Positions 1-12,697 of a stretch of 64,000 nt of DNA are shown here, piece after piece. The notes under the pieces are model-generated. The model ran no database searches. It saw only the letters and a list, made by a program, of their open reading frames with translations, and was not told the DNA's origin. This DNA is from the human T2T-CHM13v2.0 reference genome, Homo sapiens. Each line of letters starts with the position of its first letter. The first letter of the stretch is position 1. Location: assembly GCF_009914755.1 (NCBI RefSeq), contig NC_060926.1; one strand, 5' to 3'. Both the position numbers and the translations under genes were made by a program.

Positions 1-227
1 GCCCTTCTCTAATGATTAGCAATGTTGAACATTTTTCTATTTTTGTTGGCCGCAAATATATTTTCTATTGAAAAGTGTCTGTCCATGTCCTTTGCCAGCT
101 TTTTAATGGCATTGTTTTTTGCTTATAAATTTGTTTAAGTTCCTTATACATGCTGAATAGTAGACCTTTGTCAGATGCATAGTCTTTAAGTGTTTTCTCC
201 TATTCTGTGGGTTGGTTATTAACTCTC

Positions 228-640
228 TGTATTAGTCTATTTTCATACTGCTATAAAAATTGGAGACAGGGCAATTTATAAAGAAAAGAGGTTTAATTTG
301 CTCCTCGTGGTTCTGCAGGCTATAAAGGAATCATAGAAGCTTCTGCTGCTGGGGAGACCTCAGGAAACTTACAATCATGGGGGGAGATGAACAAAAAGCA
401 GGCACATCTTCCATGGCTGGAGCAGAAGTTAGGTAGGGCAGGGGTGGTGCTAAACACCTTTAAACAACTGGATCTCATGATAACTCACTATCGTGACAAG
501 AACACCAAAAGGGATGGTGCTGAATCATTCATGAGAAGCCAACCCTGTGATCCAATCACCTCCCAGCAGGCCTCACCTACAGCATTGAGGATTATAGTCA
601 ACGTGATATTTGTTCAAGGACACAGATCCAAACCATTTCA
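228..640 (-). mobile_element. MSTA-type MaLR solo LTR inside L1 ORF2
   Basis: TGTATTAGTC...GACACAGATCCAAACCATTTCA termini typical of MST LTRs; 5-bp TSD ctctc (223-227)/ctctg (641-645). Confidence 0.85.
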
Positions 641-2310
641 CTCTGTTGATAGTTTTCTTTGCTCTACAGAAGCTCTTTAATTTAATGAGGTCCCATTTGT
701 CAATTTTTGTTTTTGTTGCAATTGCTTTTGTTGCAATTGCTTTTGTCCTCTTTGTCATAAAATCTTTGCTGGAGCCTATGTCCAGAATGGTATCAATATT
801 TCCTACATTAGCTTGCAAGGTTTCTATATTTTTAGGTTTTACATTTAAGTCTTTAATCCATCTTGAGTAGATTTTTCTATATGGTATAAGGAAGGGGTCC
901 AGTTTCATTCTTCTGAGTATGGCTACTCAGCTATCCCAGCACCATTTCTTGAATAGGGAGTCCTTTCCTTACTGCTTGTTTTTGCGAAATATCAAATGAT
1001 TGTTAGTGTGTGGCTTTACTTCTGGACCAGGAATAACATTGCATCTGGAGATTGCTTTGGGCAATATGGGCATTTTAACAATATTGATTCTTCCAGTCTA
1101 TGAGCATGGAATGTTTTTCCATTTGTTTGTGTCATCTCTAATCTCTTTGAAGAGTGTTTTGTAATTCTCATTGTAGAGACCTTTCACCTCCCTGGTTAGC
1201 TGTATTGCTAGGTATTTTATTTATTTATTTTTTGTAACTGTAGTGAATAGAACAGCATTCTTGATTTGGCACTCAGCTTGGATAGTTCTGTTTATGTGAT
1301 AACTCACTTGCATTAATTTGCGTATGCTAAACCAACCTTGCATCCCTCTGGGATAACCCTACTTGATTATAGTGGATCAGCTTCTTCATGTGTGGCTCAG
1401 ATTGGTTTGCTAGTATTTTGTTGAGGATTTTTGTATCTATGATCCTGAAGGATATTGGCCTGAAGTGTTCTCTTTTGTTGTGTCATTTTGTTGTGTTTTG
1501 GTATCAGAATGATGTTGGCCTCATAGAACAAGATAGGGTGGAGCCCCTTCTCCTCAATTTTTTGGAATGGTTTCAGCAGGAATGGTACCAGCTCTTCTTT
1601 ACATCTGGTAGAATTCGGTTGTGAATCCATCTGGTTTTGGGCTTTGGTTGATAGGCTTTTTGTTACTGATTCCATTTCAGAACTCATTATTAGTCTGTTC
1701 AGGGTTGGAATTTCTTCCTGATTCAGTCTTGGGACTTTTTTTTTTTTTCTTATAGGAATGGGTCCATTTCTTTTGGGTTCCCCAGTTTGTGTGTATATAG
1801 TTATTCATAATAGTCTCTGATGGTTCTTTGTGTTTCTGTGAAGTCAGCAGTAACATACCCTTTGTCATTTTTGATTGTGTCAACTAGGGTCTTCTCTTTT
1901 TTCTTTTTTTTTTCCTTTATTAGTCTAGCTGGCAGTCTGGCAGTCTATCTATCTTTCAAAGGACCAACTTCTAGTTTCATTGATATCTTGTACGGCCCCT
2001 CACATCTCAGTTTCCTTCAGTTTAGCTCTGATCTTTGTTATTTGTTGTCTTCTGTTAGCTTTGGGGTTGGTTTGCTCTTGTTTTTCTAGTCCCTCAAAAT
2101 GTGATGGTTAGGCTGTTAATTTGAGACCTTTCTAACTTTTTGATGTGGGTGTTTAACACTATTAACTTTTCTCTTAAAACTACTTTAGCTGTGTCCCAGA
2201 GGTTCTGGTATGTTTTATCTCTGTCCTCATTAGTTTCAAAGAAGTCTTGATTTTTGCCTTAATTTCATTCTTTACTCAAAAGTCATTCAAGAGCAGATTG
2301 TTTAATTTCT

Positions 2311-3115
2311 TTTTTTATTTTATTATTATTATACTTTAAGTTTTAGGGTACATGTGCACAATGTGCAGGTTAGTTACATATGTATACATGTGCCATGCTG
2401 GTGTGCTGCACCCATTAACTCGTCATTCAGCATTAGGTATATCTCCTAAAGCTATCCCTCCCCCCTCCCCGTATACCCCACAACAGTCCCCAGAGTGTGA
2501 TGTTCCCCTTCCTGTGTCCATGTGTTCTCATTGTTCAATTCCCACCTATGAGTGAGAATATGCGGTGTTTGGTTTTTTGTTCTTGCGATAGTTTACTGAG
2601 AATGATGATTTCCAATTTCATCCATTTCCCTACAAAGGACATAAATTCATCATTTTTTATGGCTGTATAGTATTCCATGGTGTATATGTGCCACATTTTC
2701 TTAATCCATTCTATCATTGTTGGACATCTGGGTTGGTTCCAAGTCTGCTATTGTGAATAGTGCCGCAATAAACATACGTGTGCATGTGTCTTTATAGCAG
2801 CATGATTTATAGTCCTTTGGGTATATACCCAGTAATGGGATGGCTGGGTCAAATGGTATTTCTAGTTCTAGATCCCTGAGGAATCGCCACACTGACTTCC
2901 ACAAGGGTTGAACTAGTTTACAGTCCCACCAACAGTGTAACAGTGTTCCTATTTCTCCACATCCTCTCCAGCACCTGTTGTTTCCTGACTTTTTAATGAT
3001 TGCCATTCTAACTGGTGTGAGATGGTATCTCATTGTGGTTTTGATTTGCATTTCTCTGATGGCCAGTGATGGTGAGCATTTTTTCATGTGTTTTTTGGCT
3101 GCATAAATGTCTTCT
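2311..3115 (-). mobile_element. Young 5'-truncated L1 (L1PA2-like): 3'UTR plus ORF2 C-terminus
   Basis: Near-consensus L1PA 3'UTR (GGGTACATGTGCACAATGTGCAGG); ORF 2701-3087 encodes the ORF2 Cys-rich motif [18 protein letters not shown]; perfect 15-bp TSD gattgtttaatttct at 2296-2310 and 3116-3130. Confidence 0.93.
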
Positions 3116-3904
3116 GATTGTTTAATTTCTGTGTGATTGTATGGTTTTGATAAATCTTCTTAGTATTGATTTCTATTTTTATCATGCTGTGGTCTGACAG
3201 TGTGATTGGTATGATTTTGTCTTTTTTTTAAATTTCCTGAGAATTGTTTTATGAACAATCGTGTGGCTGATTTTAGCCAGTGTGCCATGTGCAGATGAGA
3301 AGAATGTATATTCTGTTGTTTTTGGATGGAGAGTTTTGTATATGTCTGTTAGGTGCATTTGTTCAAGTGTCAAGTTCAGTTCCTGAATATCTTTGTTAGT
3401 TTTCTGCTTTGATGATCTGTCTAATACTGTCAGTGGGGTGTCGAAGTTTTCCATTATTATTATATGGTTATCTCTTCTCTTCGCAGGACTCTAAGAATCT
3501 GTTTTATTAATCTGTGTGCTCCTGTGTTGGTGCATATATATTTAGGATAGTTAAGTCCTCTTGTTGAGTTGAGCCCTTTACCATTATGTAATGTCCTTTG
3601 TCTTTTTCATTATTGTTGGTTTAAAGTCTGTTTTGTCTGAAATTAGAATGTTTCTGCCTTTCTATGTTTTCCATTTGCTTAGCTGATTTTTCTCCTTCCC
3701 TTTACTTTGAGCCTATGTGTGTCACTGCATGTGAGATAGAACTCTTGAAGACAGTGTAGAGTTTGGTTTTGCTTCTTTATCCAACTTGCCACTCTGGGGC
3801 ATTTAATTGGGGGATTTAGTTCATTTGCATTCAAGGTTTTTATTGATATGCGCAAATTTTATCCTTTCATCTCGTCGTTAGCTGGTTGTTATGCAGACTT
3901 GATC

Positions 3905-5271
3905 ATGTAGTTGCTTTATAGTGTCAATGGTCTATGTACTTAAGTGTGTTTTTGCGGGGGCTGGTAATAGTCTTTCATTTCCATATTTAGCACTCCCTGA
4001 AAGATCTCTTGTAAGGCAGGTCTAGTGGTAAAAATTTCCCTTAGCATTTGCTTGTCTAAAAAGGAGCTTATTTCTACTTAGCTTATTAAGCTTAGTTTGG
4101 CTGGATATGAAATTCTTTGTTAGAGTTTATTTTCTTTAAGAATGCTGAATTTAGACCCAATATCTTCCAACTTGTATGGTTTCTGCTGAAAGGTCCACTG
4201 ATAGACCGATAAGTTTTCCTTTTGTAGATGAGCTACCCTTTCTCTCTTGCTACTTTTTTTCTTTTCTTTTCTTTTCCTTTCTTTTCTTTCTTTCTTTCCT
4301 TTTATTTTTTCTTTTTTTTTTTTGAGGCAGGATTTCACTCTGTTACCCAGGTTGGAGTACAGTGGTATGCTCAGTGCTCACTGAAGCCTCAACCTCTCAG
4401 GCTCAAGTGATCCTCCCACCTCAGCCTCCTGAGTAGCTGGGACTACAGGTGTATGCCACTATATCTGCCTAATTTTTGTAGAGATGGGGTTTATCTATGT
4501 TGCCCAGGCTGGTCCTGAACTCCTGGACTCAATAGATCTGCCTCCCTTGACCTCTCAAAGTGTTGGGATTACAGGCATGAGACCAGGATGCTCAGCCAAT
4601 ATTTTTTCTTTCATGTCAACCTTAGAGAATCTGATGACTATGTGTTATAAGGATTGTCATTTTGTATAATATCTGGCGGAGATTCTCTGCAATTTCTAAT
4701 TTGAATATCGGTCTCTATAATGATGTTGGGGCAATTTTTTTGGATGTTATCCTCAAATACGTGTTCCAACTTGCTTGTTCTCTCCTTCCTTTTCAGGGAT
4801 GCAAATGAGTCATAGATTTGGTTTCTTTACATAATCACATATTTCTCAGAGGTTTTGTTCATTTTTTTTTTAAATTATTTTTCCTTTATTTTTGTCTGAG
4901 TGAGTTAATGCAGAGAACCAGTCTTTGATCTCTGAGTTTATTAACTCAGCTTGGTCTAGTCTACTGTTAATACTTTCAACTGAATTATAAAGTTCTTGTT
5001 GTGTGTTTTTCACTTCTATCCTATTAATTTTATTTTATATTAAAATGGGGCATTTTGTCTTTCTGCTCCTGTATTGTTGTATTGTAATCCTTGATTGGGT
5101 TTCAACAATCTCCTGAATCTTAATAGCCTTCTTTCCCATCCATATTCTGAATTCTATTTTTGTAATTTCAACCATTTAAGTTTTTGCTGAGGAACTAGTT
5201 TAATCCTTTGGAGGAAAGAAGACACTCTGACTTTTTAAATTGCCAAAATTCTTGTGCTAGTTCTTTCTCAT
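3905..5271 (-). pseudogene. Disrupted ORF1 of the host L1
   Basis: Minus-strand ATG AGA AAG AAC TAG CAC AAG AAT (MRKN*HKN, ORF1-like N-terminus with a stop at codon 5); interrupted by AluJ; end approximate. Confidence 0.65.
4254..4597 (-). mobile_element. AluJ with degenerate T/C-rich tail
   Basis: Diverged Alu dimer with J-type GCTCAAGTGATCCTCCCACCTCAGCC and CTATGTTGCCCAGGCTGG. Confidence 0.88.
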
Positions 5272-5551
5272 CTGTGGTGGGCCGATGTTCCTTAAACTGT
5301 AGCACAATTTGAGTATAGTCAGTTGACTTTGTTTCTGGATGCTTTCAAAGGGCCAAGCCTTTGTGCAAGGTCTTTATTTGTAGGTGAACTTTTGTCTTTG
5401 GTTTCATGGGGTGGGGGTATGTTAGCAAAGTATTTTTGGTGTTAAAGTTTGGACTGTGATCCAGTAGATGGTGCTTAAACATAATGGCCAGTAGGTAAGC
5501 TTTTGCTCAGCCATGTGGCTCCTCTGTATTTCCCGTTTGCAGCTGTGCTCT

Positions 5552-6996
5552 TGTGTCCGGAAATTGGTGGGTTCTTGGTCTCACTGACTTCAAGAATGAA
5601 GCCGCGGACCCTCACGGTGAGTGTTACAGTTCTTAAAGGCGGCGTGTCCTGAATTTGTTCCTTCTGATGTTCGGATGTGTTCGGAGTTTCTTCCTTCTGG
5701 TGGGTTCGTGGTCTCGCTGGCTCAAGAGTGAAGCTGCGGACCTTCGCATTGAGTGTTACAGCTCTTAAGGCTCCTCTGGAGTTGTTCGTTTCTCCCGGTA
5801 GGTTCGTGGTCTCGTTGGCTTCAGGAGTGAAGCTGCAGACCTTCGCAGTGAGTGTTACAGCTCATAAAGGTAGTGTGGACCCAAAGAGTGAGCAGCAGCA
5901 AGATTTATTGCAAAGAGTGAAAGAACAAAGCTTCCACAGTGTGGAAGGGGACCTCAGCGGGTTGCCACTGCTAGCTGGGGCAGCCTGCTTTTATTCTCTT
6001 ATTTGCCCCCCTCCCTCCCCCCCGTCCCCCCCCCCCTCCCGCACCCACATCCTGCTAATTGGTAGAGCCCAGTGGTCTGTTTTGACAGGGCGCTGATTGG
6101 TGCGTTTACAATCCCTGAGCTAGACACAAAGGTTCTCCACCTCCCCACTAGATTAGCTAGATTAGTTAGATACACAGTGTCCACACAAAGGTTCTCCAAG
6201 TCCCCACCAGAGTAGCTAGATACAGAGTGTCGATTGGTGTCTTCACAAACCCTGAGCTAGACACAAGGTGCTGATTGGTGTATTTACAAACCTTGAGCTA
6301 GATACAGAGTGCCGATTGGTGTATTTACAATCCCTTAGCTAGACATAAAGGTTCTCCACGTCCCCACCAGACTCTCTCACTGGGGTTGCAGGTGGAGCTG
6401 CCTGCCAATCCTGTGCTGTGTGCCCACACTCCTCAGGCCTTGGGTGGTCGATGGGACTGGGCACTGTGAAGCAGGGGGCAGCGCTCGTTGGGAAGGCTCG
6501 GGCTGCACAGGAGCCCACGGAGGCGGGGGGAGGGGGGAGGCTCAGGCATGGCGGGCTGCAGGTCCCCAATCCTGCCCCATGGGAAAGCAGCTAAGGCCCG
6601 GCGATAAATCGAGCGCAGTGCCGGTGGGCCGGCATGCTGGGGGACCCAGCACACCCTCCGCAGCCGCTGGCCCGGGTGCTAAGCTCCTCATTGCCCGGGG
6701 CCAGCAGGGCCGGCCGGCCGCTCCCAGGGCGGGGTCCGCCGAGCCCACGCCCACCGGAACTCGCCCTGGCCCGCAAGCACCGCGCGCAGTCCCGGTTCCT
6801 GCCCGCGCCTCTCCCTCCACACCTCCTTGCAAGCTGAGGGAGCTGGCTCTGGCCTTGGCCAGCCCAGAAAGGGGCTGCCATAGTGCAGCGGAGGGCTGAA
6901 GGGCTCCTCAAGTGCCGTCAAAGTGGGAGCCCAGTCAGAGGAGGTGCCGAAAGCGAGCGAGGGCTGTGAGGACTGCCAGCACAGTGTCACCTCTCA
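5552..6996 (-). mobile_element. Solo LTR12C-type (ERV9) LTR
   Basis: Minus strand runs TGAGAGGTGACA...GGACACA; U5 repeats (GTGAAGCTGCAGACCTTCGC), ~41-bp CCAAT repeats, CpG-rich U3; 4-bp TSD ctct (5548-5551/6997-7000). Confidence 0.95.
5988..6319 (-). promoter_or_regulatory. LTR12 core promoter/enhancer: five CCAAT (NF-Y) boxes and an AATAAAAG TATA-like box
   Basis: ATTGG at 6058, 6096, 6233, 6274, 6315; CTTTTATT at 5988-5995. ERV9 LTR promoter layout is established; activity of this copy is unknown. Confidence 0.7.
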
Positions 6997-7049
6997 CTCT
7001 CTCTCAGTGCTGTGAGAGTATGGGTTCCTCTCCCACTTGAGTGCTGGCT

Positions 7050-8780
7050 ACAGAACTTGGCTTCGCACTGCTGGGCTGTGCACCACGGCCCTAAGGTGAG
7101 CTCAGGCTTTATGTTCCCTCCCCAGCTTGGGGGCAGCAGGGGCAGAGACCTTAGCAGGGGAAATGGCAGAGGGCCTTTCACTTGTCTCTGTGGCTCCACC
7201 TCAGAAATGCAGAGCTGCCACCAATCAGAGTGATTGACCTGTGGTGGGACAGCTGCACTGTGGGCCCAAGCCAGGGGCCCCTGTCTGGTAATGAGCAGGG
7301 TTTGCCAGAGGCTCACGGGGAAGACAGATTGGGCTCTTCTCCTTAGGGCAGCTTTGGTGTGCTGGAGGTGTGAGGAAAGCACTCGGGTTCTTTGTTCCTT
7401 CCCTAGGTACCGGCAGCAAGGACAGTACCACTGTGCTGGCAGTGGCAGAGGGGCTTTCAGTTGCCTCTTGGAGCTCCACTCCAGAGACATACAGAGTTGT
7501 TCCAATGGGAATGTTCAGGCAGGGATAGGGCAGCGTGTTGTGGGCCTGAGCTGTGGGCCCGAGCTGTGGGCCCCGCTTGATGAAGAGCAGGGAATCAGGG
7601 GCTCAGAGAAAGACTGTGCTCCTCTTCATATGGTGACTATCATGTGCTGGAGGTGTGACTAAAGTCCTCGGGCTCTTCGTTCCTTCTTCAGTTAGAGGGC
7701 AGCAAGAGCAGAATAGCCACAGTGGCAGTGGCAGAGGAGCTGTTACCTCTGGGAGCTCCACCCCAGGCAAACAGAGCCACTACCAGTGGGAATGCTCAGT
7801 TGGGGGTGGGGTGGCTGCTCTGCACTCCCAACCTGGGGATCTGCTTAGTGAGGAGGAGGGGGTGGGGGCTCACCGGAACAGAGACTGGGCTCCTCCTCAT
7901 ATGGTGGCTGTGGCATGCTGGATATGCTAGCAACATGACCAGGCCCTTTGTTCCTTCACCAGCTGGAGGGCAGTAAGGGCAGTACCGCTGCAGCCGCAAT
8001 GAGAGAGGGGCTGTGCGTTGTCTACAGAATTCCCTCCCCAGAGAAACTCAGAGCTGCCACCTACTGAAATGTTCAGGTGAGTGCAGCGTGGTTGTAATGG
8101 GGGCCCAGGTTGAGAAGTCCTGCCCAGTGAGGAGTAACACTGGCAGACATCAATGTGGAAAACAGTCTGAGCGCTTTTCTGTAAGGCTGCTTCACTGTTG
8201 GAGACCTGTGTCCGTCCCCAATCTCTTTGCTCCCTTTCGAGGTCGAGGGCAGCAGGGGCAGGAATTGCGGACCAGCAAAAATGGTGGCTTGCCTGCTGCT
8301 GCTGGGAGCTCCATTCTAAGGAAGTGCAGGGCCGCAGAACTGCTACTGGCCTGAGAACCCTGTTGAGGTTCTCAGGGGCTAGGGTTTTCAGTGGCTGGGG
8401 TTCCAGGTGGGGAGGCCTTGTCTAGTAAGGAGTAGCGGGAGCTGAGACCTGCATGGAAAACAGCCTGGCCACTCTTCTGTAAGGCAGTTGCACTGTGCTG
8501 GAGGCCTGTGTTAGTCCTCAATCTTTTTGCTTCCTTCCGAGCATGAGGGCTGCAGGGGTGGGAGCTGTGGAGCAGGAACAATGGTGGCCTGCATGCTACT
8601 GCTGGGAGCTCTGTCCCAGGGAAGGGCAGGGCTGCTACCTGTTAGAGAGGTCAGGTGGGGCTGGGTTGGCCAAGCTAGGGTCCCAGGCCAATGGGCCCTG
8701 TCTGGCAAAGTGCAGTGGAAGTGAGGTTTGCAGTCTGTCTGCTCCTCAGCCCCATGGATATAGCCCCTATCCTGGGGTTG
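7050..8780 (-). repeat. Degenerate ~270-300 bp tandem units in the L1 5'UTR
   Basis: Recurring GCTGGAGG-like anchor at ~7361, 7646, 7917, 8197, 8497 with similar downstream GGGCAGCA..GGAGCTCC blocks. Confidence 0.7.
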
Positions 8781-9466
8781 TGCGAGGGAGCCTGGCCTTC
8801 CCTGGTTTCAGAGCTACAGCAGCCACTGGTGCTATGGTGGCCCACGGGTCCAAGGCCCCAGGACCCCACGTGTGCTTGAGTGGTGGCTCACCCCAGACTT
8901 CATGTAGCTCTCCATGTCTGTCTGGGGTCCCTGGTGGAGGGGCATCGTGGAGGATCTCCTGAGTCCAGGGTTGCAAAGGTCCATGGGGAAAGTGTGGGTG
9001 CCCTGGGGCTCTCACTTACTCACTGTTTCTCCACAGTGGGATCCTCCCCACTGGCTCTGCACCAATCCCATGTGGACGCATATCTTGTTTTGCTCGTCTC
9101 TGTTCCCCATGGGTTGCCTTGCTTCCTTGATGAATCCCAACATGTCCACCTGGACAATCCAGCCAAAGAGCCAATGTTTACTCACCACTCTATGTCTTCT
9201 CCATGAGAGCAGCCTACACTGGCTGCTTGCAGTCAGCCATCTTGGCACTCCACCAAGTTTTGTGTAATAACCAAGAAATATTATCTGTGAGTGATGGGTG
9301 ACATTCCATTTGTTCTTTATAGTTTCTGATATGATTATGCATATGTCTAAATTAGAAGGAAAATTTTATTTAGAAAGAAAATATTTCAGGGACCTTTAAC
9401 CTGTAAATTGATTACTGGGACAAGGCACAAGATAAAGTTACAATGTTGGTTATATATCCTGTGCTA

Positions 9467-10294
<828 letters not shown>

Positions 10295-11634
10295 GAGTGG
10301 ATGAAAACCAAGTAGGCATTACTTTCAGATGAAACCATAACTACTAATGCTAGTCCTCAGGATAAATTGAATGTATAATTCTAATTGTATGTTTGCTTTA
10401 AAGATGCTATGTTTTCACCAATAATTAGGCAGATGAATATTTTATTGAACATACACAGTGAAGAAAAAATGGGCAATCCAAGACAATAGCATAAAAATAT
10501 TTCTGTCGTATAATATATCTGGAGAATGATTCATTTTATTTATCAAAGTATTTGAGTTATTCAGGTGTTATAAATATATAATATTGAATTATTAGAATAT
10601 ATAGCTTCTCCAGCTAATTTTTCCCCGACCTCCATCTCTGCCTGTTGAAAATCCACTTGTATTTTAAAATATGTCTTGCCAACTTTCTGTGTCCTTATTT
10701 AATCTTCCCTCTCAGGTATGATCTTTCTATCCCCTGAAACTCTTGTCTCTTAAAAGCTTTTCTGTGGGATTTATCACACTTTGTCTAATATTAATGTCTA
10801 TTACTATGTCTTTGAGATGAGAGTATATATCTTATTTAACCTTTATAGATTTGATAGTTATCAGTTGAATGAAAATATTTAAAAATAAAGTCATTTTTTA
10901 TCAATGACATCTGTGTTATAAAATATTAAACAATATACTAATTTAAAAGAGTCAAGACAGCACATATTTATTTTACTTGGCATTTATAATTATATCTTGG
11001 TGACGTAAGCTCAGACTTGAAGTTTAGTTTGTACCATCTCATTTGAAAAACTCCTAAATACTTGCTTTAGAAGTGGATTAACTATAGAAGCGATTCTGAT
11101 GTAAAGTTTTTTCTAATGAGGAAATAGCATCAAATATCACTCTTTAAAATTCCCGTAGACTAACATGTGAACTTGTGTATGTGTGTGTAGAGCGGTCTGG
11201 GAAGGAAGGAATCAGCAATATTTTCCCATTAGAAGCAAACATATTTTAATACTTTAAAGTATCAAATATATTAATTTATGGTATAGTTAAATATAGCAAA
11301 ATATTCAATTTATGTTATAGACATTTTGTTTTTAAAATACACTAAAGAACTTTTATTTTTCCACAAGGAAGAAAAAGCAGTAAATTTTACCAATAAAATG
11401 CTTTGACTTTTTCCAGGGTTTTATTTCTCTCTGGGTATTCTATATGAAAAACCCAGTGGTAGTAAGACTATAATTTTGGCCAAGTACTATTCCAGGTTAC
11501 AGAAGTATCTGTGGAATGCAAAAGTTCCTAAGAAAGCGAAATATATATTAACAGTATCAATTACCAATTTAATAAGTTGAGTTTAACTCAGGATCACCAC
11601 AAAAAGAGAGACAAATTTCTGTGGCTATTGTCAG

Positions 11635-12697
11635 CACCCAACATAGACATCTCATAGGCATCTAAAATTTAACGTGCAAAACAGTGTTCCTCAGCTCATC
11701 TGTTTCTTCCACCTTCCTCATCTCAGTTTATGACAACTTGATTTCTCAGTTGTTCAGTTATTTATTGATGGTGCTCCTTCTCTGACACTAAATATCTAAT
11801 TCATAAGTAGATTCTAATTTCAAGATATATTCTGGGGACAGCTGCTACTCTTCACTCCATAGCTACTGCCTTGGGGAGAGTCTTCATTGTCTCTGACTTG
11901 CACTGTTACAGAAGCTTCCAACTATTCTTCCTGTTTCGGCCCTTGTCACCCTACAGACTATTTTCAATGCAACAGCCAGAGTTACCCTGTTAAAACACAT
12001 CAGACCTTTTCAAGTTTCTTTTTTAATATCCCAGAATGCTTCTTTCTCCCTGATTATAAGCCCAAGTCCTGATGAAGTTCGAGACCCTAGCTGATTCCTT
12101 CCCCTGACCTCTCTGAACTTGATTCTACTGTCTCTGATCCAGCCTCATTTTTCTCTGACTACATTGGCCTTGTCACTATTTCTAGGATGTTCCACCCCAG
12201 ACACACTCCCATGTTAGGACCTTTCCATTGGCCCTTTCACCTTCTCCTGAGAGTGCTCTTCCTCTAGATGAGGGAGCATGGCTCGCTGTCTTTGTTCACA
12301 ACTTTACTAAAGTGATGCCTTCTCTCAGAGCTCTTTCACACCATATTCAAAGTCCCTCTGCTCAGCTCCTGCACTTTCGGGATATTCCCCTGCTTTAGAT
12401 TTGTCCCTAGCACTTTTGTAGCCCTAACACACTATATGTTTTATTTACTTAACTCATGCATTGTATGCCTCTCCATTCAGAACTTATGATCCAGAGAGTG
12501 GGGTTTTGTCTGTTCTGCTCACTGCTCTATCACCAGTACCTAGAACAATGCTTGGCACCAGGGGCCACACTCCACAAGTTCATCGCCATGGCATTCTATG
12601 GAATAGTAATTGCTGGAGCAGGTCTGAATTGCAATGGGATTGGTCCCCCCACCCAGTGTTCACTAGGCATAAAACAAATATGTGAAAGAAATGAAAT
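11635..12697 (+). mobile_element. L2 3' fragment
   Basis: CATCTAAAATTTAAC..CCTCATCTCAGT..CTCACTGCTCTATCACCAGTACCTAGAACAATGCTTGGCAC resembles the L2 3' end. Confidence 0.7.

Larger units (their letters stand above)
1..9252 (-). mobile_element. Old L1 (L1PA15/16-like) with intact 5' end, degenerate ORF1/ORF2 and four nested insertions; 3' end lies beyond window start
   Basis: Minus strand begins GCCAAGATGGCTGACTGCAAGCAGC (YY1-type L1 5' terminus, ~9246). GC-rich 5'UTR; ORF1-like start ATGAGAAAGAAC at 5271; ORF2-like start ~3870; ORF2-like peptides in ORFs 3182-3454 (endonuclease), 1397-1687 and 573-908. Confidence 0.9.

Noticed and set aside
573-3454. Minus-strand ORFs with reverse-transcriptase/endonuclease-like peptides
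   Set aside because: Broken L1 ORF2 fragments, not host genes or an intact retroelement.
6090-6360. Regularly spaced ~41-bp repeats resembling a CRISPR array
   Set aside because: Standard ERV9/LTR12 U3 enhancer repeats; no unique spacers or cas genes, and the context is eukaryotic.
5677-9267. Many overlapping ORFs (up to 172 aa) and CpG-island-like composition
   Set aside because: Explained by GC-rich LTR12C and L1 5'UTR sequence, where stop codons are rare; no recognisable protein family.
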